Part shown: piece after piece, positions 10,501 to 20,800 of the stretch
Position numbering within the stretch: the first letter of the stretch is position 1
How the letters are laid out: each line of letters begins with the position of its first letter
Program-made: the position numbers and the translations under genes
Assembly: GCA_944389125.1 (NCBI GenBank)
Contig: CALXLF010000012.1
Location: 60-64,059 of the forward strand
Source of the DNA: an uncultured Clostridia bacterium
Lineage (GTDB): Bacteria > Bacillota > Clostridia > TANB77 > CAG-508
Direction of reading: 5' to 3'
Length of the DNA stretch: 64,000 nt
The notes under the pieces: generated by a model
What the model was told of the DNA's origin: nothing
Seen by the model: only the letters and a program-made list of their open reading frames with translations
The model's database searches: none

Positions 10501-13470
10501 GTAATCCTGGTCTGATGCTAATGCTGTTATATCATAAACATTATTTACTTCTTCATTATCATCTCCATATTCTACTCTTAACCATCCTGTTGCTGCTCCA
10601 TTTGAATTAAAACTATATGCAGACCATAAAATGTTATTTCCTTCTTGATATGATGTTAATTGTGAAACTGTTTTTGTTACTGCTTTTTTTACAAAAGCAT
10701 GTCCTGCTTCTTCTGCTTCTTCTTCTGTTCTATAGCTCATACCTGATGTGATATCATATCTTGCTGCATATCCTGATTCATAATCTTCTAAAACTGTATA
10801 TGGATCTTCTAAAAAGTCTTCCATCTTAATATCTGATGTTATTCCATTTGGATATAAGTAATATAATTGATATTCTTCTGTTGGATTTCCTGATTCATCT
10901 TGTTTCATTTCATATGCTGTCCAATATTCTCCTGTTTCTGCTAAATAATCTTCATCTACTATTACTAATTCTGACTCTCCCCATGAATTATCAATCATAC
11001 TCAGCTCTGATGGCGACCTATTTGATTCATTTTTATAATCCGTTATTGCTGCATCTTCTTCTTCTGATATTGAAAAATATGTATCTCTAAACCAGCTACC
11101 TAAAACTCTTGCTATATATGGTGTATATGATGCATAATCTTCATCTGTTACTTGTGCTAATGCTAATATTACTTTCTTTACATACTTTTGACAATTTTTA
11201 CAACATTTAGTTTGATCATTACTGCTATCTGCATCATGATTTACTGCACTACACACTTGACTTCTTGGGGTTGAAGCTCCTGTTTCATCTATTGCTCCAC
11301 ATGCTACTAATTCATCAAATGTCTTATCTCTTGTTATATATTCCCAAACTATAACTGTAGTAAATATTGGTTGATCATATTCTGTATATCCACTGGCAAG
11401 TACATTTTGATCATATCCAACTGTATATACAACAAATTTATATGTAACCCATTCATATTCTACTTCTTCAGTTAATCCATCTGAGTCAAGTATCTCATTT
11501 CCATTTACATCTCTAGCTGTTGCTGTCCATGTTCTTGTTGTTTTTGTTCCATCTATATCAAATACACTGCCATCAAATAAATTATTACAATAAATATCAT
11601 CTTCATTATCATGTTCTACATCATCATTTTCCATGTTTTCCAAATCATATCCTAAATTTAATCCAATATCTTTGAAGAACATAAAATGATCATCATCTAT
11701 TATATTTTCCAATGTATCTGAATATCCATATCCTGTATCTATAACATCATCGTAACTTGTGCCCCTGTCAGCTATCCTGTATGTACAGTTCTTAGCTTTA
11801 AAGTCAACATATTCACCTTCATCAGTTTCAACATCTCTATTAGAAATTTCCACATTTGCAGCTTCTTCACCCATATCTGTTTTATCTATATCATATAGTG
11901 TTAAATAATCATCCCATGAAAATACTCCTGTATCTTTATATGTTGATTTTAAAATTATATCAACTTCTGCTGCTCCTGTACAGTTTGGTGGACTTTCTAA
12001 TGGTAAATGATCTAATAAATATTGTGCATCCGCTTTTGATATTGCAAGTCCACTTAATCCTGATGTTAGATACATATCATTTACTAACCAGTCATTTAAA
12101 TCTATTCCTCCTTGTTCATCTAGTGTAGCTTTTACATCTGCAAATGATATCATATCTGCTTCATTTCCAAGTTCAACATCTCTATTTAGCATATCTAAAT
12201 ACGCTGCTTCAACCTCCGCTTCTCCTGAATCATTTAAATATACTTGCACTTCTGTATCAAAACTTTGTAACATTGCATATACTAAATCTGGTTGCATTGT
12301 TGCTATATGAAGTGATAATAAGAACTCTAAATTCATTCCATATCTGTCTGCCCATCCTTCTATATCAAATATGGTTGAATTATTAAAGTATCCATTTCTT
12401 ATACTCATTGTTGTTCCATTTATTTTTATCTTATCTCCATATACTATTGAATCCCAGTCAGCTGACCATGCGCTATCTGCTATTCCATCTACTGCATAAT
12501 AGAATTTTAATAATCCTTTTGACCATGCTGAATCATATCCTCCAAATGTCTTTTTTATTCTTGAATATAATTTATTAAGAAACGTTCCATCTGCATTTCT
12601 TATTGCATATATTTTATAATCTGATAATAAATATGTTCTTAGTAGTTTTGTATCAACTGTCCAACCAGCAATTCCTGATAGCCAATCATTTCCAAATCCT
12701 ACTATTTTTCCTGCTCCACTATTTGATGTCTCTTCTGTTGATCTTTCTAATCCATATTGATCTACATATTCCCCATCAACTGCTTCTCCAGTTCTATTAT
12801 CAACTAATATTCCTAATGAATTATAATAATTTCCATTAAATGCAGAGCTTCCATCCGGATCTTCTTCAGCTGATTGACTATAATATCTTGCGTTTTCATC
12901 ATCTCCTCTTCTCTCAAAATAAATATATCCTTGATCTTGTAATTCTGTATATGTTACTATTCCAAGATCCTGTGAAAAATTCGGATTAGGAGTTATAAAT
13001 CCATAACCTACTAAATCATACTCTAATTCTTCTAAATAATTTGCTAAATCTACAACATCTTCTTCATTAATATATGCATCTGCTTCTGTTGTAAACCAAC
13101 TTTGTACAGTATCTATTGCGCCTTGAGCAAATTCTTTTAGAGCATTTATTGCTAAGCCTGGTATAAATAATATAAATCCTATTACTCCTACTATAACAAA
13201 AATAATTATTACTACTATTGCTATTATAAGCAAAACTTGAGGTGGTATATTTTTTAAGAAATTTATTAGTTTCTTTATTTTATCTATAGATTTTTTTATA
13301 CCTTTTGCAATATCACCTAATCCCTTTTTTCCTTGTTTTTCAGGCTTTGCTTCAGGATCTAATACATCTAATTCTTTCTTTTCTAATGGATTTTTTCCTC
13401 CGCCGCCGCTACCTGGTAATTTTGGAATATTTCCTCCTGGTAGACCTGGCTTACCTCCTGTATCAGCCAT
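7528..13470 (-). CDS. Giant (1980 aa) membrane-anchored multidomain cell-wall hydrolase. N-terminal TM anchor, shared central region, C39-like/CHAP-like cysteine peptidase domain, C-terminal GH24 (T4-lysozyme-like) domain
   Basis: Uninterrupted 5.9-kb ORF. GSMGCGIY...GHFICVIGVDG Cys/His pair (~nt 8930..9400). TETQMAALISVYYNFG GH24 signature (~7640..8130). N-terminus nearly identical to 948..6641 paralog. Confidence 0.75.
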   Translation of the reverse strand: MADTGGKPGLPGGNIPKLPGSGGGGKNPLEKKELDVLDPEAKPEKQGKKGLGDIAKGIKKSIDKIKKLINFLKNIPPQVLLIIAIVVIIIFVIVGVIGFILFIPGLAINALKEFAQGAIDTVQSWFTTEADAYINEEDVVDLANYLEELEYDLVGYGFITPNPNFSQDLGIVTYTELQDQGYIYFERRGDDENARYYSQSAEEDPDGSSAFNGNYYNSLGILVDNRTGEAVDGEYVDQYGLERSTEETSNSGAGKIVGFGNDWLSGIAGWTVDTKLLRTYLLSDYKIYAIRNADGTFLNKLYSRIKKTFGGYDSAWSKGLLKFYYAVDGIADSAWSADWDSIVYGDKIKINGTTMSIRNGYFNNSTIFDIEGWADRYGMNLEFLLSLHIATMQPDLVYAMLQSFDTEVQVYLNDSGEAEVEAAYLDMLNRDVELGNEADMISFADVKATLDEQGGIDLNDWLVNDMYLTSGLSGLAISKADAQYLLDHLPLESPPNCTGAAEVDIILKSTYKDTGVFSWDDYLTLYDIDKTDMGEEAANVEISNRDVETDEGEYVDFKAKNCTYRIADRGTSYDDVIDTGYGYSDTLENIIDDDHFMFFKDIGLNLGYDLENMENDDVEHDNEDDIYCNNLFDGSVFDIDGTKTTRTWTATARDVNGNEILDSDGLTEEVEYEWVTYKFVVYTVGYDQNVLASGYTEYDQPIFTTVIVWEYITRDKTFDELVACGAIDETGASTPRSQVCSAVNHDADSSNDQTKCCKNCQKYVKKVILALAQVTDEDYASYTPYIARVLGSWFRDTYFSISEEEDAAITDYKNESNRSPSELSMIDNSWGESELVIVDEDYLAETGEYWTAYEMKQDESGNPTEEYQLYYLYPNGITSDIKMEDFLEDPYTVLEDYESGYAARYDITSGMSYRTEEEAEEAGHAFVKKAVTKTVSQLTSYQEGNNILWSAYSFNSNGAATGWLRVEYGDDNEEVNNVYDITALASDQDYYNDEGGFYYNITSTNQVTQIEDAQRSQTNPTVKWLFKYRKYYTYDGSEETAMRIAKDKEAVLNWVTNYLIGEYGVTTGPSDVAGKLGDYGRSSLRQAYDRTTITFDWNEIREQWLDWQLDMYYSGIIECPEDDYKLGDLAFIATLDEDGNTVSIRETYDLDYTPQDGEELRIGDPRDPDLIKTTNITKTSLEAFTILENTKTLASEYAYRDFKELIVELDYFDKEDLSDAIEEVFTWVLPDISPVGWPVRPWDKQDEDYGALIESKGTYDYLKDIRYGEDNETEDDDNSSNSGNTDNSDSNSNNSNNNSGISIESADQNTSEGHYSYIISAYGTEFKQFSQGGYYGGGGSGTIYPYQEGSTQIANDNSADTTLGSMGCGIYSISSLLSGYVNEEVNPLTTVEYIHENYGTSAFNSSQRSTTMDKFLNDNGVSGEWYTDDLENKINTAFNAGKPIIVYMPPQESVGPWTTSSGHFICVIGVDGSTIYTADSVDGDYSRLENTGGIEALMSCINATSGVMVWIPDNTPSGVGSSLFEGYEGGEYVSSPVTGKIIEYGTHKRENIYTGKTEDVGYVVIETIGTNYFTADNVANNSGDTEGIDNEAAANGLNLFFDEYEETCAGFTITIDGFKVDLNTTDDEGNNGTYEQNEVMALYNSAEQEEREENEQAKEDAPFFVNYGESADLGSLPEEYYCDLSDENRGYYIKEGKYLGVTYTDDESAGLTTTDTSSTDTTQEEYEGPANYIRIIVKDKEYSIIDNVEDYFNIPDPEDDSGNGDIFTGEYSEEFLYWLLVDTEGKGGGDSSLDQAITQGYSIAGDIGDGTITAAFGVTNWCNELFWNLGYQEYVNNTRGSNVGMNAGDHIPIEVCNDVAVAEIDTNVAGIQELFPGQTFTETQMAALISVYYNFGEIPDSLEQAIRSGDEGTIASTWTTLGSGQWGEYPGLRTRRESEYRMWSEGKFFHCYDSGGELVFSTETPFTDYLNGNFSVCTYN

Positions 13471-13493
13471 GACCTTTCTCCTTTCTACAATAT

Positions 13494-14447
13494 CTACTGC
13501 ATTGAAATTGTCATACTGGCCTTATATATTGCATTATCTATTTCTTGTTGAGCTGTTTCTTCATCTCCGGTATAATTTTCCATAACTCTTACAGCATTTA
13601 AAACTAAAGAATCTACTTTTGTTTCTGAATCATAAAATTTAGAAAACGAAATTGATACATTCTTAGTTTCTCCAGGAGCTAAAACAATTTTTGTATCCTT
13701 TTCCATGCATCCTCTTGTTTCATCTCCTATATTTATATAAATTTCTGTATCATCAGTATTTCCATCTTGGATTACAACTGTATAATTACTTCTATTTGTA
13801 AATTGTAAATTATAAATTATAAAACTATATTTTTCTACAGATTTTGTTATTCTAGCTACTAAATAATCATTTGATGCTTGATATTGAAGATCTTGTGACC
13901 CCATATAATTTCCAACTGAAAATACTATGTTTCCACCATCATCTTTACTAATAGCCATTTTTTCTTCAACATATCTATAACTTTGATTTGTAAGTCCTGT
14001 TGCTAAAAAGTTATCATATAATTTTACACTATATATGTACGTATCATCTACTTTTGAATAACTTTGTATTGCATAACTCTTTGTAGAGTTAAATTTTTCT
14101 GAAACATAATTTACAAAATTATTATAACTATTTCCAAAAAAGTTCTTTTTACAATCATCTGAAACTAAATTATATGCACTAACATAATCTCCATTATTAC
14201 AATATTTAACATAATTTTCTATAAATTCTTCAAAACTATCTGCATACTCTTTTGGAACATCCTCTGTATTTAATACTGTAGTATGTGGCGTATAAGAAGT
14301 TTCTGGAGCTTCTGGAGCATTATTTAAAGTAAGTAATCTATTAATAATTATGACTAAAATAAGTGCAAATACAATTATAATTATTAATTTACCATATTTT
14401 TTGAAAAAATTTCTAATTTTTATTCTTACATCTGGATTAATTGTCAT
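13494..14447 (-). CDS. Bitopic membrane protein (317 aa), T4SS-operon accessory
   Basis: ORF with N-terminal TM (KLIIIIVFALILVIII) and secreted domain. Confidence 0.55.
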   Translation of the reverse strand: MTINPDVRIKIRNFFKKYGKLIIIIVFALILVIIINRLLTLNNAPEAPETSYTPHTTVLNTEDVPKEYADSFEEFIENYVKYCNNGDYVSAYNLVSDDCKKNFFGNSYNNFVNYVSEKFNSTKSYAIQSYSKVDDTYIYSVKLYDNFLATGLTNQSYRYVEEKMAISKDDGGNIVFSVGNYMGSQDLQYQASNDYLVARITKSVEKYSFIIYNLQFTNRSNYTVVIQDGNTDDTEIYINIGDETRGCMEKDTKIVLAPGETKNVSISFSKFYDSETKVDSLVLNAVRVMENYTGDEETAQQEIDNAIYKASMTISMQ

Positions 14448-14449
14448 AA

Positions 14450-15010
14450 TTATTCCTCCTCTGAATCTACTGCGCTATTTCTACTAAATGATAAAACATA
14501 ATCATTAAAATCATTTTCTTTAATAACAACATTCATACTAAAATTATGTCCTCTAGAACCATTTAAAGTATCATTTACATTTACCCAAAGAACATATATA
14601 TCTCCTAATCTTTCAAAATTAGTATAACTTAAGGAAAAATCATCTGGAAAATAATCTTCCATATATTTTGAAAAACTTTCTTTTGTTGGAAAATAATTTT
14701 CTTTGTATTCAGAATATAGTAAATCATAAGCTTTATCATAATTTCTAGTATCAACTAATTTAAAGAATTCTGCACAATAATAAGTAATTCTTTCTTGTTC
14801 TGACATATTATATAAAGCTTCTAATTCTGCCTGGTTATTCGCCTCTTCTATTTCGTTTGTTACAAGAGTTGCTTGACCATTACCAGAAGATACTGAATTT
14901 TTTTGTTTAAAGAAAAGTAGAACAAATAAAACAACTAAAATTATCACTATAACTATTCCAATTGATATCATTAATGCTTTTCTCTGTTTTTTATTTTTAT
15001 CTTCTGCCAT
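14450..15010 (-). CDS. Bitopic membrane protein (186 aa)
   Basis: ORF; N-terminal TM helix; tightly coupled to neighbours. Confidence 0.55.
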   Translation of the reverse strand: MAEDKNKKQRKALMISIGIVIVIILVVLFVLLFFKQKNSVSSGNGQATLVTNEIEEANNQAELEALYNMSEQERITYYCAEFFKLVDTRNYDKAYDLLYSEYKENYFPTKESFSKYMEDYFPDDFSLSYTNFERLGDIYVLWVNVNDTLNGSRGHNFSMNVVIKENDFNDYVLSFSRNSAVDSEEE

Positions 15011-15028
15011 AATTTTTCCCCCTTAATT

Positions 15029-17815
15029 TTAAGCACGTTTTCTTCTATTTAAATCATTTAAAACTGTATTACTTTGTGGTGTAGGATCTGCTTGAGCCAT
15101 ACCATTGTTTATTGGAGTTCTTTGTTGAATATTTGCTGTTTGACTTCTAACTGATACATTTCTACTACTATAACTTGTTGAAGTATCATTTTCAGCCATA
15201 CTTGCTGATGCAATAAACATTCCTGCTTGTTGAGCTTCAACCATAAGTTCAGCATATTGTCTACCTGCAGGAGTTAACATTCTTGCATTAGCTTCACTTT
15301 GATCTGCTTTAAACTTTTCAAGTCTTTTAACAGCTATATCTCCTTCTCTTCTAACAGCTTCTTCTGCTTTAGCAAAATTACTTTGACTATAAGCCCCAGA
15401 TTTTGCTTTTTCTAAAACTCTTGTATTAAATTGCAATAAACTAGCTTCACTAAAATCACCTTCAACATTTATTTCACCATCAATTGCCTCTAATATTTTA
15501 GCATTATTTATTGTGGCTCTACGTGTACTTCTCATTACAGAAGTTAATGTTTTCTTTGAAAGGCCTAAATCTTTTGTAATATCAACAACTTCACCTTCAG
15601 CTACTTCTACTTTAGTTTCTTCTGGTTTTTCTTCAAGTTTTTCTGGAGCAAATTCTTTAATTAAATTATTTATAGTATTATCATCAGCTTCAAGACCATA
15701 TTCTGCAAAATTTTTCTTTAATTCATCAATTCCAATTTCTCCATTTTTATATTTTTCTAGCCTTCTCATTAAATCACGAATAAATTCTTCTCGAACTTGA
15801 GGATCTCTATAATTTTTCTCATTTCTCCATCTTGAGATAATATTATTTCTATCAATGAATTTTTCAATATTATCTTTAGTTAATTCTGTTGCTTCTGGTT
15901 TTTTAGCTTTATCTTCTTTTCTCTGTTCTTCTCTCTCTTTTTCTATATCACCTAAGCCAAATTTATCTAATAGATTTTGTATTGTTTTTTCATCATATTC
16001 TAAACCATGTTCTTCAAAACGCTTTATAATATCTTCTAGTTCAGCATGTCCATCTCTATATTTTTGTAATATATCTTCTAAATCTCTAATAAAATCTGCT
16101 TTTTCTTTATCATCTAGATAATTTTTATCTGAACCGCCTGGTCCTCTTCTATCATGAGCAGTTTTTCCAAAAAATCCTTCTTCTTCAAAATGTTCTTCTA
16201 TATTTTCTTCATTAAGCTCTTCAGTCTTTTTCTCATTATCTTCTTCATTTTCTTCATCATGCTGAGTTGATCTAACAGCTGCTGCGACTCTTTCTGTATC
16301 TTCACTTGATAATGATCTGCCTGGCAACAAAATTGGTATTGGCTCACCTTCTTGTTCATCAGCTGACTCATCATTACCATCTAATTCCTTGTATTCTGCA
16401 TCTACTACATCATCTTCATCTTCATCTAATCGTCTATATTCTGCATCTACCACATCATCTGATGAATCTCCTCCCGAATCTAAAGTTCTTTCATGATTGT
16501 CAAGCCAATTAACAGCTTTATCTCTATACTCGTGAACTTTATTAGAAGCTCTTTGTCCTATTGTTTGAATATTACTTCCAAAAGTTGTTGTATTATTAGA
16601 AAGATTATTATTTACTGTATAAGTACCATTTGCAATACTTACTCCTGTTAATAATGCTCTTTGACTATTATTAACTACAGAGCTGAAAGATGTAAGTGTT
16701 GTAGATTTATCAAATCCGAATAATGATTTTAGCAATTCTTCTGCTTTCTTTACGAACATTAAAGCTATAATCAATATCAATGGTTGTGTTAAACTACTAA
16801 TACTTCCTATTGAAGCTGAACTAATTGCAGACATAGGAACTGCTACTATAACAACATATATTAAACAATGTATAACTTGTATAAATACATTATATACAAA
16901 TTCTCTAAGCCATCCATTTAAAGAAACTGCCTTTCCTCCTTTTGCTTTATCAATTGAATATGTAAGTGGCATAATTGGAGAGAGTACTATTAAAAATATT
17001 ACTTTGAAAAGTCTTACAATATATATAACTGCAAATGCCATTGTTTGTACTGTAAGTATTGAATAAGCTATTGTTGAGCCCCAGCCAAGTAAGAAGTTTA
17101 CTGAAAAAGCAGCAGATCTTAATGAATCAATCATACCAGATACATCTGCTCCTTCAGCTACTTGTGCAATAAGGTCAACTAAGAATTCATTTACTGTAAT
17201 TACCGCCAGGATAATCAAATGCATAAGAAAAACTAATCCAGCACTAACTAACCAATCAAAAAACATTGTTTTAATTCTTGCTTTTTCTTCTGCAAGTGAT
17301 GCTAAAGCCATTTTAATTCCTATCAATAATAACATAATTAAAAGTATTCCAATTGATACTGCTCTAACAACATAATAAAGCATTGCAGCAGTTTCTCTTA
17401 TACTATAAACTAAATCTCCTCCACTTGTACTTTCTATATCATCTGTTTGGAAAATATTTATATTGGTTAAAGTAAACTTATTGAAAAATATATCAAAAGG
17501 AGTTATTGTAGGTGATACATCACCAGTATTTCCAGCCGTATTTATAACGAAATATGCAAGAGTCTGACATAACATAGAACATACATTTATTAACGCCCTT
17601 GGTATCCACGTTAAAATACCAGCTAATCCATTTAAAAATCCTCCTAATAAATTATCTGCTTCTTCTTCTGCATCTTGTGCCACTTCATTATCACTTGGTG
17701 GATCATCAGCAAAAACTACATTAACTTTACTAACTGAACCAATTAAAAAGTTAAATAGTAGTAAAAATACTAACAGACATATTATTAACTTTTTTGATAT
17801 ACTTTTCATTTTCAT
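15029..17815 (-). CDS. VirB6-like polytopic membrane protein (928 aa) with acidic/coiled-coil C-terminal region containing two tandem ~65-aa repeats
   Basis: Signal peptide plus multiple TM helices; motif EEKARIKTMFFDW shared with the other two VirB6-like paralogs; repeats KNYLDDKEKADFIRDL.../KNYRDPQVREEFIRDL... Confidence 0.6.
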   Translation of the reverse strand: MKMKSISKKLIICLLVFLLLFNFLIGSVSKVNVVFADDPPSDNEVAQDAEEEADNLLGGFLNGLAGILTWIPRALINVCSMLCQTLAYFVINTAGNTGDVSPTITPFDIFFNKFTLTNINIFQTDDIESTSGGDLVYSIRETAAMLYYVVRAVSIGILLIMLLLIGIKMALASLAEEKARIKTMFFDWLVSAGLVFLMHLIILAVITVNEFLVDLIAQVAEGADVSGMIDSLRSAAFSVNFLLGWGSTIAYSILTVQTMAFAVIYIVRLFKVIFLIVLSPIMPLTYSIDKAKGGKAVSLNGWLREFVYNVFIQVIHCLIYVVIVAVPMSAISSASIGSISSLTQPLILIIALMFVKKAEELLKSLFGFDKSTTLTSFSSVVNNSQRALLTGVSIANGTYTVNNNLSNNTTTFGSNIQTIGQRASNKVHEYRDKAVNWLDNHERTLDSGGDSSDDVVDAEYRRLDEDEDDVVDAEYKELDGNDESADEQEGEPIPILLPGRSLSSEDTERVAAAVRSTQHDEENEEDNEKKTEELNEENIEEHFEEEGFFGKTAHDRRGPGGSDKNYLDDKEKADFIRDLEDILQKYRDGHAELEDIIKRFEEHGLEYDEKTIQNLLDKFGLGDIEKEREEQRKEDKAKKPEATELTKDNIEKFIDRNNIISRWRNEKNYRDPQVREEFIRDLMRRLEKYKNGEIGIDELKKNFAEYGLEADDNTINNLIKEFAPEKLEEKPEETKVEVAEGEVVDITKDLGLSKKTLTSVMRSTRRATINNAKILEAIDGEINVEGDFSEASLLQFNTRVLEKAKSGAYSQSNFAKAEEAVRREGDIAVKRLEKFKADQSEANARMLTPAGRQYAELMVEAQQAGMFIASASMAENDTSTSYSSRNVSVRSQTANIQQRTPINNGMAQADPTPQSNTVLNDLNRRKRA

Positions 17816-17836
17816 ATTCTGTCTCTCCTTAATTTA

Positions 17837-20800
17837 TTATATTCTTCCTAACATTCTATTCATCATTTCATCTGGATCTCTAGTGAAACTTCTTCTAGCA
17901 GCATATTTTCCAGTATTTTCTTCACTTTCTAAACTATCTTCTAATTCAAGTGCTTTTAATTGTTGCTGTTGTCCTCTATTTCCCGCAGATACTAAAACTT
18001 TTTCTTTTTGCTCCTCTAATTGCATTAATAATTGATTCATTAAAGCATTTTGTCCTGTTTCTTCAGAAGCTTCTTCTTCTGATTCTTCTTCACTTCCTTC
18101 TGGATTTGAAAGTTCATGTAATTTCTTTAATGCATCATCAAGAGATGCTTCTTCAGCATTTTTAGCTCCTGCTTCTTGTCTTTTTCTATCTTCCATAATA
18201 CTTTTAGTTTCTTGAACTACAACTTCAGCACTATCAACAACTCTCATATCTTTAGCTGCATTATTCAATTCATCTCTTATATATTTTAATTCTTTTATTC
18301 TTTCTTCAAATAAGCTTTCAATTTGATTTGCAGTTATATTTTCTTCAGCTAATGCTCTTTGAATTTTTGAAAGTATTGTCTTTTTATGTACTAATTTTCT
18401 TAAAGATTCAATACTTGAGATATTATTTTCTACTATATAATCTTTTATTGTCTTTTCTACAACTGGCCTACATTTTTCAAGAACTTTTTCCATATCATCA
18501 TTAGATCTTTTTGGAATATAGATTGTTTCTCCATTTCTTATTGGATCATAATATGAGATTGCGGTTAAATCAGCTTCTTCTGTTGGCCCTCCTGCAACTT
18601 TAATAGCATCATATACTTTACTTCCTATTGGAAGCTCATATCTTCCTTCATTAACAACAGCGCCTAAGATATAGAATATAAATACATCATCACTATCATA
18701 TTCATCAGTTTTTCTTTTACCTTTTCTTGCACTAATTCTAAAAGGATCAATTGCTGCATTCAAAGCAGCTTTTGCAGCTTTCTCAGCAGTTTCTTCAACA
18801 CCTATAGCAAATTCTCTAGCACTTTCTTTTATCTGTTCACCTTTTTTCTTAAAGTCTTCTTTAGATACGCCATAAAGTTCTTTTCCTGCGTTAACATAAT
18901 CTTTTGTAGTATCAACCGCATTTTGAACTTGATCCATAAGCTCTTGTTTTACTCTCTCTGCTTCACTTTGAACTGCTCCTTTTGCTATTTGTCCTAAAAG
19001 TCTAGTATAATCATTATTTATAACTTCATTATTGATAATAGCTTCATGTACTTTAGTTCCAACTTTTTTAGACTCTTCAGCAATAACATCTCCTGCATTA
19101 ACTGCATTAACAAATATTTTAGCTGCTGTCTTTTTCATTACTGAATCAACATAATTTTCTTTTTTATTTTTTAGAATTTCTTCTTTTCTTTCTTCTATAG
19201 AAGCAATAACTTCTGATTTTTTAGTTTCACTTTTTATTTCAGTATATGAAACAACACCTTTTTCAGCTAATGTAGTTAAAATATTTTCTTGTAAAGTCTC
19301 ATCATTTGCAAAATCTACTTGCTCTAATGGTACATCTAAATTCATTGCAACATCAATAATTGATGAGTCTATAACTGCTTGGGATGTTGTTTCTTCTTGT
19401 ACAACACCTGCAAAACTTTGTATAGATTTTTCAGAGAAGGTTACATATAATTCATCATTTATTTTAGCAGCTTGACCCATATCTGTCATTTGTTGTAAAA
19501 CAATTGCTGCACTTGATTGTTGTCTTACAGCTTGAACACTTGAAACAATTTTCTGATTATGCATTTCTACTGCATCAGTTGCAGTACCAGTTAAAATCGC
19601 CCAACTAGAATCTTGAACTCTTTCATGATAATTTTGTACTGTAGCTTGAGCTTCTTGTTTTCTTTTTCTAATAGATTTGAAAGGAATTATTTTTCCTCTC
19701 TGCTGTTCTAGTTTCATTTCTCTAACCTTAGAAGGTGAATATCTTTCAAATTCTATATTGGCAACAGCTTGATGTGTATCATGTGATTCCATTTTAGCTG
19801 TATATTTTATAGAAGTTCTTTTGACTCTAGTATATCCTTTTGGAATATAACTTCCTCTAACTTGAATATCACCATTTGCTACCAACTGACCTACTTGGTA
19901 TATATTTGATAGATATTCACTATTCATTATAAGTCTTCTATTTAAACTACGTGTTATTGTTATTATACTTGCACGATTAAATCTTTTAAATTTATATTTT
20001 TTCTTTGAAGAAGCTTTTTTACCTTGTTGTAATTTTTCGCTTTTACTTCTTGCTAATTGACTATATGGAAACATTATTACTTTAGAGTCTTTAGCCTCTT
20101 TAGTTTGTCTCATAGCCATTTCTTCATATTTAGCAGAAGCTAAAACTGAAATGCCTAAATAACTAGAACTAATATTTTGATATAAGAATATAGCTGGACC
20201 ATATATTTTATAAGCTGTAGCAACCATATCATTGTCATCTTTATTCTCATTAATTTCTGCCTTTAGTTCTAATGCTTCTTCAGTTTCTGTTTTTAAAACA
20301 TTAATAACTGTTGCTTCAAATCTATATTCTAATGATACTTCCTCTTCATTTTGTTCTACTTCTTCTTCTATATTTTTTCTTATTACATGACGTTTTATAA
20401 TTTTAGCAAATCTTTTTACTACTTCAAAATCTTGATTTAACTCTTTTCTTGCATCTTTTGTTGCCTCTTTTATTTTTTCATACTGCTCTTTAACTTTTTT
20501 AGCTAATTTCTCAACTCCAGTAATTGCCATTTGAGATGCACCAAGAGCTAATCCTTGAATTGTATTTAATACCTTTTGAGGTAAACTTGGTTTATCAATC
20601 TTTTCTTGTTCTTTCTTAATTGCTTCTGCGCTTACTTTTACCCTTTTTCCATCTAATGCTGCCATTGTTTCTTTAGTTTCATGGGCAAAATTATTTGCAA
20701 ATCTAATAGTAGATTCTTTTATATTTTCTGGAGTAAAGTTTTCTGCTAAGTCCTCTGCTTTATTTTGTATTTCTTGAGGTAAAGTTTCTGTAAGATATCC

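Noticed and set aside
2660-12839. Many 60-90-aa plus-strand ORFs inside the giant minus-strand genes (e.g. 2660..2863, 4325..4945, 8760..8960, 10080..12839)
   Set aside because: L/H/I/F-rich low-complexity translations, typical antisense artefacts of AT-rich coding DNA; each is fully embedded in a long well-supported ORF
948-13470. Prophage interpretation, prompted by Phage_lysozyme2- and T4-lysozyme-like domains
   Set aside because: No capsid, portal, terminase, tail tube/sheath or holin genes; the domains sit in membrane-anchored giant proteins inside a VirB4/VirB6 operon
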